Counted from the first letter of the stretch, positions 7,708-15,239 are shown. The stretch is 20,000 nt of DNA from an uncultured virus (IMG/VR IMGVR_UViG_3300003319_000181) (IMGVR_UViG_3300003319_000181); one strand, 5' to 3'. Notes: a model not told the origin generated them from the sequence alone. Translations and numbers: made by a program.

Positions 7708-8891
7708 GCAACCTCCTCCGCGGCCGTGTCGGAGTTGAAGAGGGGCGGCTTGACGAAGCAAAGCACGTCCTCATAGTCAATGCGCGGACTGCCGTTCTTC
7801 TCAGCGAGCCGTCTAAAGAAGCTTTTCCGCTCGGTCGTCACCTCTTGGAGTTCGCCGTCCAGAGTCATCTGCGCGCCGTGATGCTCGACGAGCCAACACC
7901 TGTGGTGGTGCAACTGCCTGAAGCCCACCGCCTCACAGAGCGCCGCCCACTGGCCGCTAAACTCGACCACCTGCTTCTTGCGGACGAAGCGCTTGGTGAC
8001 GAAGACGGCGTGACCGTTGGGCGCGAGTATCTTGTGGAGTTGTTCGAGGACGAGGCGGGAGGCTTGCCAGAAGTCTGCGCCAATGGCTTTACCCAAACTA
8101 TTTTCTTCAACAGCTAAGATGTAATCCTTTTTCAGCCTATTGATACCGTCCTCACTCCAAACACCTTTCCGGCCGCCGTGCTTGGCGTTCGATCTGTTCT
8201 CCTTAAACGGCGGGCTTGTAATCGCCGCGTCGAAACTGCCCTCCCTCATGCCCCCGAGTTGGCCGGGGGTCGCGCCGTAGGGGTCACGGTCGTTGGCCCG
8301 GCGCATGTTGGCCTCATTACCGCCAGTTCCCGCTTGCTGAATGCGTGCGCTCGCGTAAGGGGGGCTGCTTATCGCGCAGGAGTAGCCACTGCGGAAAGCC
8401 TCGACGTGAGTGCCTGTGCACCGCTCCGGGTGCAAGTCCCTCCCCTGCCCCTGACACCCGCCGGCGTACGGCGGACTGCTCACCGCCAACTCACCGCCCT
8501 GAAAGACGCTCGCCAGTTCCCTTGAATCGCCCTGCCTCAGTTCGGCCGTGCCCCACGAAGGCATCCGGGAGTGACGCGAGTTCCACAGGGCGATGTTCTG
8601 TCGGCCGAGTTCGACGAAGCGGGATTCGAGTTCGCACCCTTTCCAGTGACAACCTCTGAGCATGGCATCAAGCGCGCCGCCGGCAATTCCACCGAAAGGA
8701 TCGACGACAACGGAGTCGGGACGTATCCAGCCCTCCTCCGAAGCGTGGGTGTAAATCTTTCGGATGAGCGCGCGTGAATATTTAGCGGGGTGACTGTACG
8801 CCTCGGGCACAAGGTCACTCCCCCACGATTCGCCGTAGCAACCGTGCCAGTCGCTCACAATCGGATACAGAATGTCTGGAACTGCGCTCAC
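7704..8891 (-). CDS. DNA amino-methyltransferase (N4-C/N6-A) with three SPP(Y/F) motifs
   Basis: HPAKY, motif I DPFGGIAG, GCELE, then SSPPY, SSPPY, TSPPF. Confidence 0.85.
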   Translation of the reverse strand: MSAVPDILYPIVSDWHGCYGESWGSDLVPEAYSHPAKYSRALIRKIYTHASEEGWIRPDSVVVDPFGGIAGGALDAMLRGCHWKGCELESRFVELGRQNIALWNSRHSRMPSWGTAELRQGDSRELASVFQGGELAVSSPPYAGGCQGQGRDLHPERCTGTHVEAFRSGYSCAISSPPYASARIQQAGTGGNEANMRRANDRDPYGATPGQLGGMREGSFDAAITSPPFKENRSNAKHGGRKGVWSEDGINRLKKDYILAVEENSLGKAIGADFWQASRLVLEQLHKILAPNGHAVFVTKRFVRKKQVVEFSGQWAALCEAVGFRQLHHHRCWLVEHHGAQMTLDGELQEVTTERKSFFRRLAEKNGSPRIDYEDVLCFVKPPLFNSDTAAEEVA

Positions 8892-8973
8892 CTACCCCTC
8901 CACTACCTCAATCAAAAGAAACCACCTCACGCAGCCATCAACTCAGACAGGTAAGAGAACTTATCGTAAGGCG

Positions 8974-9273
8974 TCACGGGGACGCTTTGACTTCTTCTCT
9001 GCCCCCCCCCTCAGCCTTTTCTCGCTTGAATGACATGGCCGCCCGATGGAAGATACACAGCACGAACCTGCCCGAAGGGTTATCACACAGCTTGCACAGC
9101 CCCGTCGCTTTGCGCGCTTCATAGCGTGAGTGGAAATAGTCCCTGCGGTCTTTCGTGCTTCGCGCACGTCTACGCCTAGCCGCCTGACGCTCACGCTCTA
9201 CCGCGCGCAGGAAGTTTTCCCACAGGTCAGGAACGGCCTCTGCTATCTGCCGTGTAAAGGGTCTGTCGTCCAT
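8974..9273 (-). CDS. Zn-finger hypothetical protein
   Basis: RYEARKATGLCKLC...LCIFH, similar to the fingers of 6156..6497. Confidence 0.6.
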   Translation of the reverse strand: MDDRPFTRQIAEAVPDLWENFLRAVERERQAARRRRARSTKDRRDYFHSRYEARKATGLCKLCDNPSGRFVLCIFHRAAMSFKREKAEGGGREEVKASP

Positions 9274-9407
9274 CCTGCACCCTCTCAGCCTCTAATCGGC
9301 CATCCTTCATCATCTATTTAACGTCGCGAGACTCTCCCGACCCCCATCAAACGTTACGGAACGGTCGCGCTTGCGACCCCGCGAGCCGGAAGAGTCCCGC
9401 GAACCTG

Positions 9408-9638
9408 TCAGGCGATGACCGGCACGCCACCGACGCGCTCGACGAGGTACGCCTTGACACGCCTTACGGCCTCCAACTTCCACCGCCCGCCATCTGCCTC
9501 AAAGAGTGCCACCGTCGGCAATTCGTTCTCGTTGCGGCCCGCGCGCACCCGCAGGATGAAGTCCGACTCGGGCTGACTGACTGCGGCGACTCTCTTCCGG
9601 GGTGAGCCAGTGACCGCAGGTTCGGCATTGGACTTCAC
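9408..9638 (-). pseudogene. C-terminal fragment of a conserved phage protein (QPESDFILR...ALFEADGGRWK)
   Basis: Motif recalled as the C-terminus of a longer phage hypothetical family; only about 55 matching residues present. Confidence 0.5.
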
Positions 9639-9714
9639 CTTTCAATACCCACCTCGCGCGTCTGGCCGCTCTCATTACTGGTTGCCGTGACGATGAACTT
9701 GCACCACATGATGG

Positions 9715-10415
9715 TTTCCTTTCGTTGGGGTAAGCACTGTCAACCTGCGGGCCGGATTCCCCTCCCCGGCAACCCTGTCTTGTCGTCAGGACGTGCCACA
9801 CTCGGCAGAGTGGCCTGCGACTACAACGTGATTTGCCCTTGCGGGCGTTTACCCAAGCGCTGCCGCACTTCCGCAGGTTGAACTTGTGTCGAGCAGAGCC
9901 AGGCGCTTGCGCGACTGTGCGAGACATTAGACGACTCGCTCTGCCCGAACTTTTAAAAGAACTAAGAAGGGCACGGGGCGGTGCCGTGGTCTGTTAGGCT
10001 CGTCGAGCGCCACAAGCTTTTGGTTAACCGCGCCCTCTGCCCTCTTCGAGAGCGGGTAAGCTCACACCGTAACCCGTCCCGCTCGCTGTGCCGGTGTTTG
10101 CCGACAATTCGATTGCTCGACAGCGGGGAGCCTTTTGATTTACTCGCCACTAGCACGAGATGGGGGCCTGCTCAGGCCGTACCGCAGCGTCGAAAAGAAC
10201 TGTTGACGGGGAGGGGCTAAGCCTACTCGGCGTGCCTTTCGTGCCGCCGCCCCTCACCCCGTCTCGCACCGACTCTAGGTAGCAGTTAGGCCGTGAGACC
10301 TTCTAGCGTCTGCGCGAAGTTGAAAAGAACTGATGGCCGCGTCTCCGGCTCTCACGGAGCACTCCCGTTCAATGCATACGCTTAGGGGGCGTCGCGGCCG
10401 TAGAAAGAGCAGTTA
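9715..10415 (-). ncRNA. Cluster of structured RNA elements separated by boxA-like AGTTCTTTT motifs
   Basis: Stems 9741-9750/9871-9880, 9889-9948, about 9965-10046, 10205-10263 and 10335-10399; AAAAGAACT (+) at 9955, 10193 and 10323; TGCTCTTT (-) at 10411-10404; no credible ORF. Confidence 0.55.
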
Positions 10416-10423
10416 GGGAGATG

Positions 10424-10888
10424 TCAGGCAGCGCATGCCGCTGTTTGCTCAACCGCTCGGAGCGCGGCGCGGCAGATGGCAAGAGGCGCGGTCGCGGCCT
10501 GTGCCCTTGCTACCGCGTCGCACCACTGGGGCCTACCGTGCGGCGTGAACGTGGCGTGATACCCGTCCGTCGCGTCGTACGGCGTGAGCAACGTCAGCCA
10601 CAGTCCCCGCGCTGCCATTCGCTCGATTACCTGCCACGCGGCGGAGATGTCGGTTGACCATCCTTGAGACGGCAGAAAGAAAGTGAACGGAATAATGCCC
10701 TTCGGCGGCCAAGCGTATTCGCCGCTCTCAATCATCGGGACGGCCGTCGGACTAGCGAGCACTTCACCCTGCCCAGGCAGCGGGCCGTCAAAATCGTGCT
10801 TCGGAGGCTGCACGCGCATCCAGCCGAAAATGCGCTCCGCAACCAAAGCGTCAAGTTCTCTACCGGCTTGTAGTTCGTCGCTCATCAT
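10424..10888 (-). CDS. Phage ABA-sandwich domain protein (BC1872-like)
   Basis: AGRELDALVAERIFGW...WSTDISAAWQVIE...ATAPLAICRAAL; exact start uncertain (10885-10903). Confidence 0.8.
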   Translation of the reverse strand: MMSDELQAGRELDALVAERIFGWMRVQPPKHDFDGPLPGQGEVLASPTAVPMIESGEYAWPPKGIIPFTFFLPSQGWSTDISAAWQVIERMAARGLWLTLLTPYDATDGYHATFTPHGRPQWCDAVARAQAATAPLAICRAALRAVEQTAACAA

Positions 10889-10939
10889 CAGTTCCCTTGT
10901 CACCCCCTGACCGTCTGGGGGGGGGCAGTAGAAGGACGG

Positions 10940-11263
10940 TTAGGCCGTGCGCGTCAGTAACCCGAAGTCGTAGCCGATGGCTTCGACCTCTTCACGGCTC
11001 AAGACCTTCCCCTCTTGGGGTCTGCCGCGCAGCTTGAAGACGACCGCCAAGTCCCCCGGTTGCTGTTGATTGTTCGTGCGATTCACTTCAACGGGGAAGC
11101 CGAAGAGTTCAGTCAAGATGTCGGCGGTTGCCTGATGGCCGATGGCGCTCTCGGCCGAGTTAGTCAACGCGATCTCGCGGGCGTCCTCTAGCATCAGAGG
11201 TTCGTATGAATATTTCCCGTAGGCGGTGACGATGGACGTGTTGTAGAGAAAGACTCTCGGCAT
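10940..11263 (-). CDS. acrIII-1: DUF1874 (STIV B116/YddF) family protein, AcrIII-1-like cA4 ring nuclease
   Basis: 107 aa; LYNTSI, ESAIGHQATADILTEL, VNR, PGDLAVVFKLRGRPQEGKVLSREE; AGGAG RBS before ATG 11263. Confidence 0.85.
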   Translation of the reverse strand: MPRVFLYNTSIVTAYGKYSYEPLMLEDAREIALTNSAESAIGHQATADILTELFGFPVEVNRTNNQQQPGDLAVVFKLRGRPQEGKVLSREEVEAIGYDFGLLTRTA

Positions 11264-11373
11264 ATGGGCTCCTGTTTCAGAGTTGCGATATGAGACGCCC
11301 GCGCCGCAGGCCGAGCACCATTCGCCCGGCTCGCCGTTCTTCGGGGGCGCAACGCCACAGTGAGAGCAGACTT

Positions 11374-11574
11374 TCACGCTGCCCTCTTCTGAGTGCGGAA
11401 GTAAGTCGCCCTGTCGTACACAACTGCCGACTCCCCGCACTCGGGGCAGATGGCATCACCGTTTCGCCACTTCGCGGAGCGCGCGTTGCATACGTTCGGA
11501 CAGTCGAGATATTCGTTGCGCGCTAAGCGAATCGGCTCCCTGCTCGTCAGTTTTGGTGTCTTGTGCCTCGCCAT
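11374..11574 (-). CDS. Small zinc-ribbon protein
   Basis: CPNVC...CPECG; GAAAGG RBS. Confidence 0.65.
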   Translation of the reverse strand: MARHKTPKLTSREPIRLARNEYLDCPNVCNARSAKWRNGDAICPECGESAVVYDRATYFRTQKRAA

Positions 11575-11726
11575 AAGTACCTTTCATCCGTAGCCGTGCT
11601 CGCCTTTGGAGCGGGCGTGGCGCTGTTGAGTAAGAGTGGTGGTTAAGGGGGCCATGCGGCTTTGTGTTTGTGTCTGGTCGTGATATACGGTGCGCGTTCT
11701 ACCATCCCATTCGGAGGTGTCTACCC

Positions 11727-12110
11727 GTGTCCTTCGTCGTCGGATTGGTATCGCTCCTTTTCGGTCTCATTGTGTCCACCTATCTGTATGCTTGGCTGCT
11801 CCTGCCGCTCATCTACAATTTGCCAATGAGCATCTACTACTATTACAAGGGCGTTCTGAGATTCGCGGCGATCCCCATGCAACTCATCGCGCCGGTCTTC
11901 TGGACGCTCATCTTGTTCGCGCTCGGTTTCATCCTCGCTTGGCTGGCCCCGCGCGCGTTGGCGTACCTGCTAACAGACCCTTACTTCGTTATAGGCCAAC
12001 TCATCGGGTTACTGATGATTCTGAAAACTCCTCTGACAAAAGCCGGTCGCGCCGACCTGTGGCACGACTACGAGCGGCGGACGTTTGCGCGGCTCCAAAA
12101 GAATGAATAA
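11727..12110 (+). CDS. Counter-oriented membrane protein (about 3 TM segments), moron-like
   Basis: Long hydrophobic segments; GGAGG upstream of GTG 11727. Confidence 0.7.
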   Translation: MSFVVGLVSLLFGLIVSTYLYAWLLLPLIYNLPMSIYYYYKGVLRFAAIPMQLIAPVFWTLILFALGFILAWLAPRALAYLLTDPYFVIGQLIGLLMILKTPLTKAGRADLWHDYERRTFARLQKNE

Positions 12111-12118
12111 GAGGTCGC

Positions 12119-12457
12119 ATGATTATGGATATTCAACGAATCGTCGGCGGCCTCATCGTTGCCGCCTTCGCCTTCGGCATCAGCTACAAATGCACCGGCA
12201 AAGACGGCGATAAGCTGAAGGCATACATCACCTGTGTGTGTGTTACCTATGCCGTGTCCGTCGGATTGGCCGAACTCTTCGGCGCGCCAATCAAGGCCGG
12301 GGAGATAATCGAAGCAACTCGGCAAACAGTCCCCCGTGACGTACCTGGTTGGTCATGGAAGGAAAAGGTTGAGTTTTCACGCTTCATCTTTTGGGTCTCC
12401 CTCCTCCCGGCTATGGTCGGCGTCTACTGCGCGCGAAGGTGGCCTGATGATGATTAA
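12119..12457 (+). CDS. Counter-oriented membrane protein (about 3 TM segments), moron-like
   Basis: Hydrophobic segments; GAGG RBS; follows the previous gene by 8 nt. Confidence 0.7.
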   Translation: MIMDIQRIVGGLIVAAFAFGISYKCTGKDGDKLKAYITCVCVTYAVSVGLAELFGAPIKAGEIIEATRQTVPRDVPGWSWKEKVEFSRFIFWVSLLPAMVGVYCARRWPDDD

Positions 12458-12522
12458 GTCACCGCGCGCCTACTGCCGATCCGAGCGGCCGCCTTTACCC
12501 GCCTGCCCGGCTTCTGGTAGTC

Positions 12523-12790
12523 AAGCCTGCCACGCCGCGCCGTACCTAGCCGTGCCTGCCGCGCCCTACTCCACCTTGCCGTGCCTTGCCTGCCATTCCG
12601 AACCATGCCCTCCACGCCGAACCCCGCGTAGCCACGCCTGCCCCGCCCAGCCATACCCAACCGTACCGGGACGCGCCCCGCCTCGCCTGCCCTACCAAGT
12701 CCCAACTCGCCAAGCCATGCCATGCCTCGCCGTGACTGACCGTGCCAAAACACGCCAAGCCCAGCCCTGACGGGCCTTGCCAAGCCTGCC
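12523..12790 (-). repeat. GGY-NN pentamer array punctuated by GGCA tetramers (candidate guide-RNA array)
   Basis: Hand parse: 48 pentamers, 39 starting GGC/GGT and 9 with one mismatch; six GGCA and one GGAG 4-nt units; begins at the first base after the stop of 12791..13339. Confidence 0.9.
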
Positions 12791-13339
12791 TCATGGAGCG
12801 ATGGCCTGCGTCGCCTTCTCCACGTAACTCGCCGCGCGCCGCACACGCTGCCTGTCCGTCTTGCCCGCGAGCCTTTCAAGCGCCTCAAGACTTCGCTTGG
12901 CCGAAGAGAGCCGCGAGCGAGACTCACGCATCGCGGCGTCGAACTCGTCGGGGCTCTGCGCCAGCACGCGGGTTGACTGGTAGTAACTACCCGACTCTTC
13001 TTCCCCCTCCTGCTCCGCCGTCGCGACACCACGCGGGATGTGCGCGTAGGCGGGCAGCGGCGGCTGCTCCCCTTCGGCCTCGATCACGACCATGCGGATG
13101 AACTGCCGCGCCTCCCACAGCCGGTACATATGGCCCGCCTTCGAGTCGTCCCATGTGAAAGCGCCGTGGATGGGCGAGCGTTTCGACGCGGCGGCCTTGA
13201 CGACGGCCTCGGTCTGAAGCTGGCCGCCGTTGCGCTCGCGGATGCGCTCCAACTCTTCGCCCGCGTCCTGCGCCTTGATGCCCCGGTACGTCTCGCCGCC
13301 TTTGAACTTGAATTTGTTGAAAGCCATGTCTTCAGCCAT
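12791..13339 (-). CDS. Conserved phage protein, partner of the RAMP-like gene
   Basis: ELERIRERNGGQLQTEAVV...SPIHGAFTWDDSKAGHMYRLWEARQFIR; ATG 13339 with GGAGG RBS overlaps the upstream gene by 8 nt. Confidence 0.8.
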   Translation of the reverse strand: MAEDMAFNKFKFKGGETYRGIKAQDAGEELERIRERNGGQLQTEAVVKAAASKRSPIHGAFTWDDSKAGHMYRLWEARQFIRMVVIEAEGEQPPLPAYAHIPRGVATAEQEGEEESGSYYQSTRVLAQSPDEFDAAMRESRSRLSSAKRSLEALERLAGKTDRQRVRRAASYVEKATQAIAP

Positions 13340-13976
13340 TGCGCCGCACCTCCATAATGGACTCGACCTTGAACCGCCCGAACTGGCCATCCTTCTCCGG
13401 CCGCCACTCCCCGACGCCGACCCCGAACCCCGCGATGTTGAAGAGGTTCAAAATCTGCTCCTCGCTGAGCGCCGACGTGTTGTAGGTGAGGCGGAAGATT
13501 GCGCGCCATTCGGAGAACTCGGCGCGGTAGCGGATGTCGGCCGTGCCCATGCCGACGCGCACCATGTCCTCGCGCATGTGCGGCTCGCCTTTGATGATCG
13601 CCAGTTCACCGTCGATGTGAAACGCGCCGCGCGCGAACGTCATCTTGGTTCCGTCCGTGAAGCGGCACGCGCCGACCGCCGCCGCCTTGAACGCGACGGT
13701 CGGGAAGCCGTATCCGCCGTCGGGGTGCCGGTAGATCGACTCCTCGTAGTCGCGCTGCGGGTCTTTTGCCTCCTTGCCCTTCGTCGCGGCCTTCATCTGC
13801 TTGGCGAGCATCTCCTCTTTGGCCTTCTTCGACCACTTGTGCATGATGAGAGGCGAGATACCCGCGAGCGTGACCTCGACCGTGCGAAGCGAGATTGAAG
13901 GAATTGTTATGACGACCTGCGGGTTATCTGCCGCCTTCGATAGAGATTCCGCCATTTTTGCTGCTGTCTTCGTCAT
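13332..13976 (-). CDS. Stand-alone RAMP (Cas7-like) RNA-binding protein
   Basis: Beta1 VEVTLAGISPLIMH, YGFPTVAFKAA (compare RAMP IPGSSLKG), C-terminal Gly-rich loop AGFGVGVGEWRPEKDGQFGRFKV; AGGAG RBS. Confidence 0.75.
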   Translation of the reverse strand: MTKTAAKMAESLSKAADNPQVVITIPSISLRTVEVTLAGISPLIMHKWSKKAKEEMLAKQMKAATKGKEAKDPQRDYEESIYRHPDGGYGFPTVAFKAAAVGACRFTDGTKMTFARGAFHIDGELAIIKGEPHMREDMVRVGMGTADIRYRAEFSEWRAIFRLTYNTSALSEEQILNLFNIAGFGVGVGEWRPEKDGQFGRFKVESIMEVRRNG

Positions 13977-14093
13977 TCTTTTCTCCTATTGCCCTTGAAG
14001 CCCTGCGGGCATCGTACGGGCGCTGTGTTTGTTGAGACTCCGCTTTCGGTCTCGGCAGCGCGGAGTCGGCCTGTGTCCTGCCGAGCACATGGT

Positions 14094-14543
14094 TTAGGCC
14101 GCGCGCACCGGCCCCGCGTTCGTGTCGTCAGGGTCTTCGAACCGTAAGCCATCGACCATCCTGTTCACCTCGCCCTGTAAACGGAGCGCCAGCGGGAGCC
14201 TGTCCTGATAGGGGGTGTCGGGGTCGAAGACGCGGGCCGCGAGGCTCACCACGTCCGTCATCCCCGACGCTTTGGGCACGCCGCACCACTCCACGCCGAA
14301 GGTGTTGACGACGCGCAGGACGTTGCGTGCCCACTCGGGCGACACCTCCGGCCGGGCGATGGTGTGCAGTTCTACCAAGCCTCTTGAAAAGATTGATTGG
14401 TATTGGAGGTTGTTCGGGTCGTGATACTTCGAGACGCTCGTCACGTCCACGTTGCGGAAGCGGGCCAGCTTCGAGTAGTCCCCGTAGGGCACGGCCTCGT
14501 ATAACGCTACATCTACCCGGCGTCTTAACTCTTCAGGTGTCAT
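14094..14543 (-). CDS. CII-like HTH regulatory protein
   Basis: YSKLARFRNVDVTSVSKYHDPNN HTH pattern; immediately downstream of the cro-position gene. Confidence 0.6.
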   Translation of the reverse strand: MTPEELRRRVDVALYEAVPYGDYSKLARFRNVDVTSVSKYHDPNNLQYQSIFSRGLVELHTIARPEVSPEWARNVLRVVNTFGVEWCGVPKASGMTDVVSLAARVFDPDTPYQDRLPLALRLQGEVNRMVDGLRFEDPDDTNAGPVRAA

Positions 14544-14602
14544 GGGTGAAAGTCGAGACAAAGTTTTGTCTACCGCGTAGCAAGTTGAGTTGCTAAATTG
14601 GA

Positions 14603-14622
14603 TTTGGGAGACGCGTTCCAAA
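14603..14622. promoter_or_regulatory. TTTGGGA-N6-TYCCAAA site, copy upstream of the CII-like gene
   Basis: TTTGGGAGAcgcgTTCCAAA; same length and left arm as 15596-15615. Confidence 0.45.
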
Positions 14623-14644
14623 GAAGAGAAACGAGCCTCCCAAA

Positions 14645-14824
14645 TTATCGGGCTTCGGCCGATTGCAATTGAGGGTGACGCCGAGCAAGCTTTGCTAACT
14701 TTTCGTTAACGGCGTCGCGCACGATTTTCGAGACCGGCTCGCCTACGGCATCGGCCGCAGCGCGCAGACGTTCTTTCAAATCGTCCTCTGCCCGGATGTG
14801 AATTCGCTCGGGTTTGTGCTTCAT
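14645..14824 (-). CDS. Ribbon-helix-helix regulator (Cro position)
   Basis: ERIHIRAEDDLKERLRAAADAVGEPVSKIVRDAV; GAGG RBS before ATG 14824. Confidence 0.85.
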   Translation of the reverse strand: MKHKPERIHIRAEDDLKERLRAAADAVGEPVSKIVRDAVNEKLAKLARRHPQLQSAEAR

Positions 14825-14845
14825 AGCTACCTCTTGTGTTGTCGC

Positions 14846-14893
14846 TGTACGTACAACGGGCACACATTACTAGATTTGTGCGTACAATGTCAA
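14846..14893. promoter_or_regulatory. Divergent control region: two TGTRCGTACAA operators and a leftward promoter
   Basis: TGTACGTACAA 14846-14856, TGTGCGTACAA 14877-14887; minus-strand TTGACA 14893-14888 with TAGTAAT at 14872-14866. Confidence 0.7.
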
Positions 14894-14955
14894 CACCTAT
14901 TTTCTAAATCGGCTTGTGACGAGGGGCGGTGTAGTGTATGTACGACGTGCTACCA

Positions 14956-15186
14956 ATGGGAACACACGACGAACGCCTGCATATTCGCATCCGGCCAGAC
15001 CTGAAAGAAGACTTAAAGGTGCTGGCGGAACTACGCGGTCTTAAACTTTCGGCACTTGTACATGCCCTTGTCGTTAGAGAGGTACAAGAGGCGCGGAAGG
15101 CCGACCCTGCGGAGTTTGAGCGGGTAAGGAAGAGACTCAGTAAAGCAGCACACCAACCCTCCCCAACGATCCGTAAAGTCAGTTAG
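14956..15186 (+). CDS. Ribbon-helix-helix regulator (repressor position)
   Basis: ERLHIRIRPDLKEDLKVLAELRGLKLSALVHALV; start 14938 or 14956; no peptidase domain. Confidence 0.8.
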   Translation: MGTHDERLHIRIRPDLKEDLKVLAELRGLKLSALVHALVVREVQEARKADPAEFERVRKRLSKAAHQPSPTIRKVS

Positions 15187-15239
15187 CCGCTGTCGCCCTA
15201 TGCCTTCTTAGAATGACGCCCGATTCCCAAAAATAAAAC

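Noticed and set aside
9825..9860. c-di-GMP-I (GEMM) riboswitch resemblance (GGTAAAC-stem-GCAA-stem on the minus strand)
   Set aside because: Lacks the GACGCAAA segment and the expected second stem; kept only as an unclassified structure
9300..10420. tRNA genes in the structured intergenic region
   Set aside because: No cloverleaf with a TTCGA T-loop and acceptor stem could be built by eye
12523..12790. Canonical CRISPR array or simple microsatellite
   Set aside because: No 23-50 bp direct repeats with spacers; the variable dinucleotides are non-repetitive, unlike a slippage microsatellite
12546..12794. 82-aa G/A/R/W-rich ORF across the array (ATGA-coupled), and other ORFs overlapping it
   Set aside because: A 5-nt period is not codon-compatible and the composition is explained by the GGY-NN repeat; translation is not excluded but a protein function is unsupported
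13040..13998. Plus-strand ORFs such as 13230..13898
   Set aside because: Antisense to the RAMP-like and partner genes; low-information Arg-rich translations
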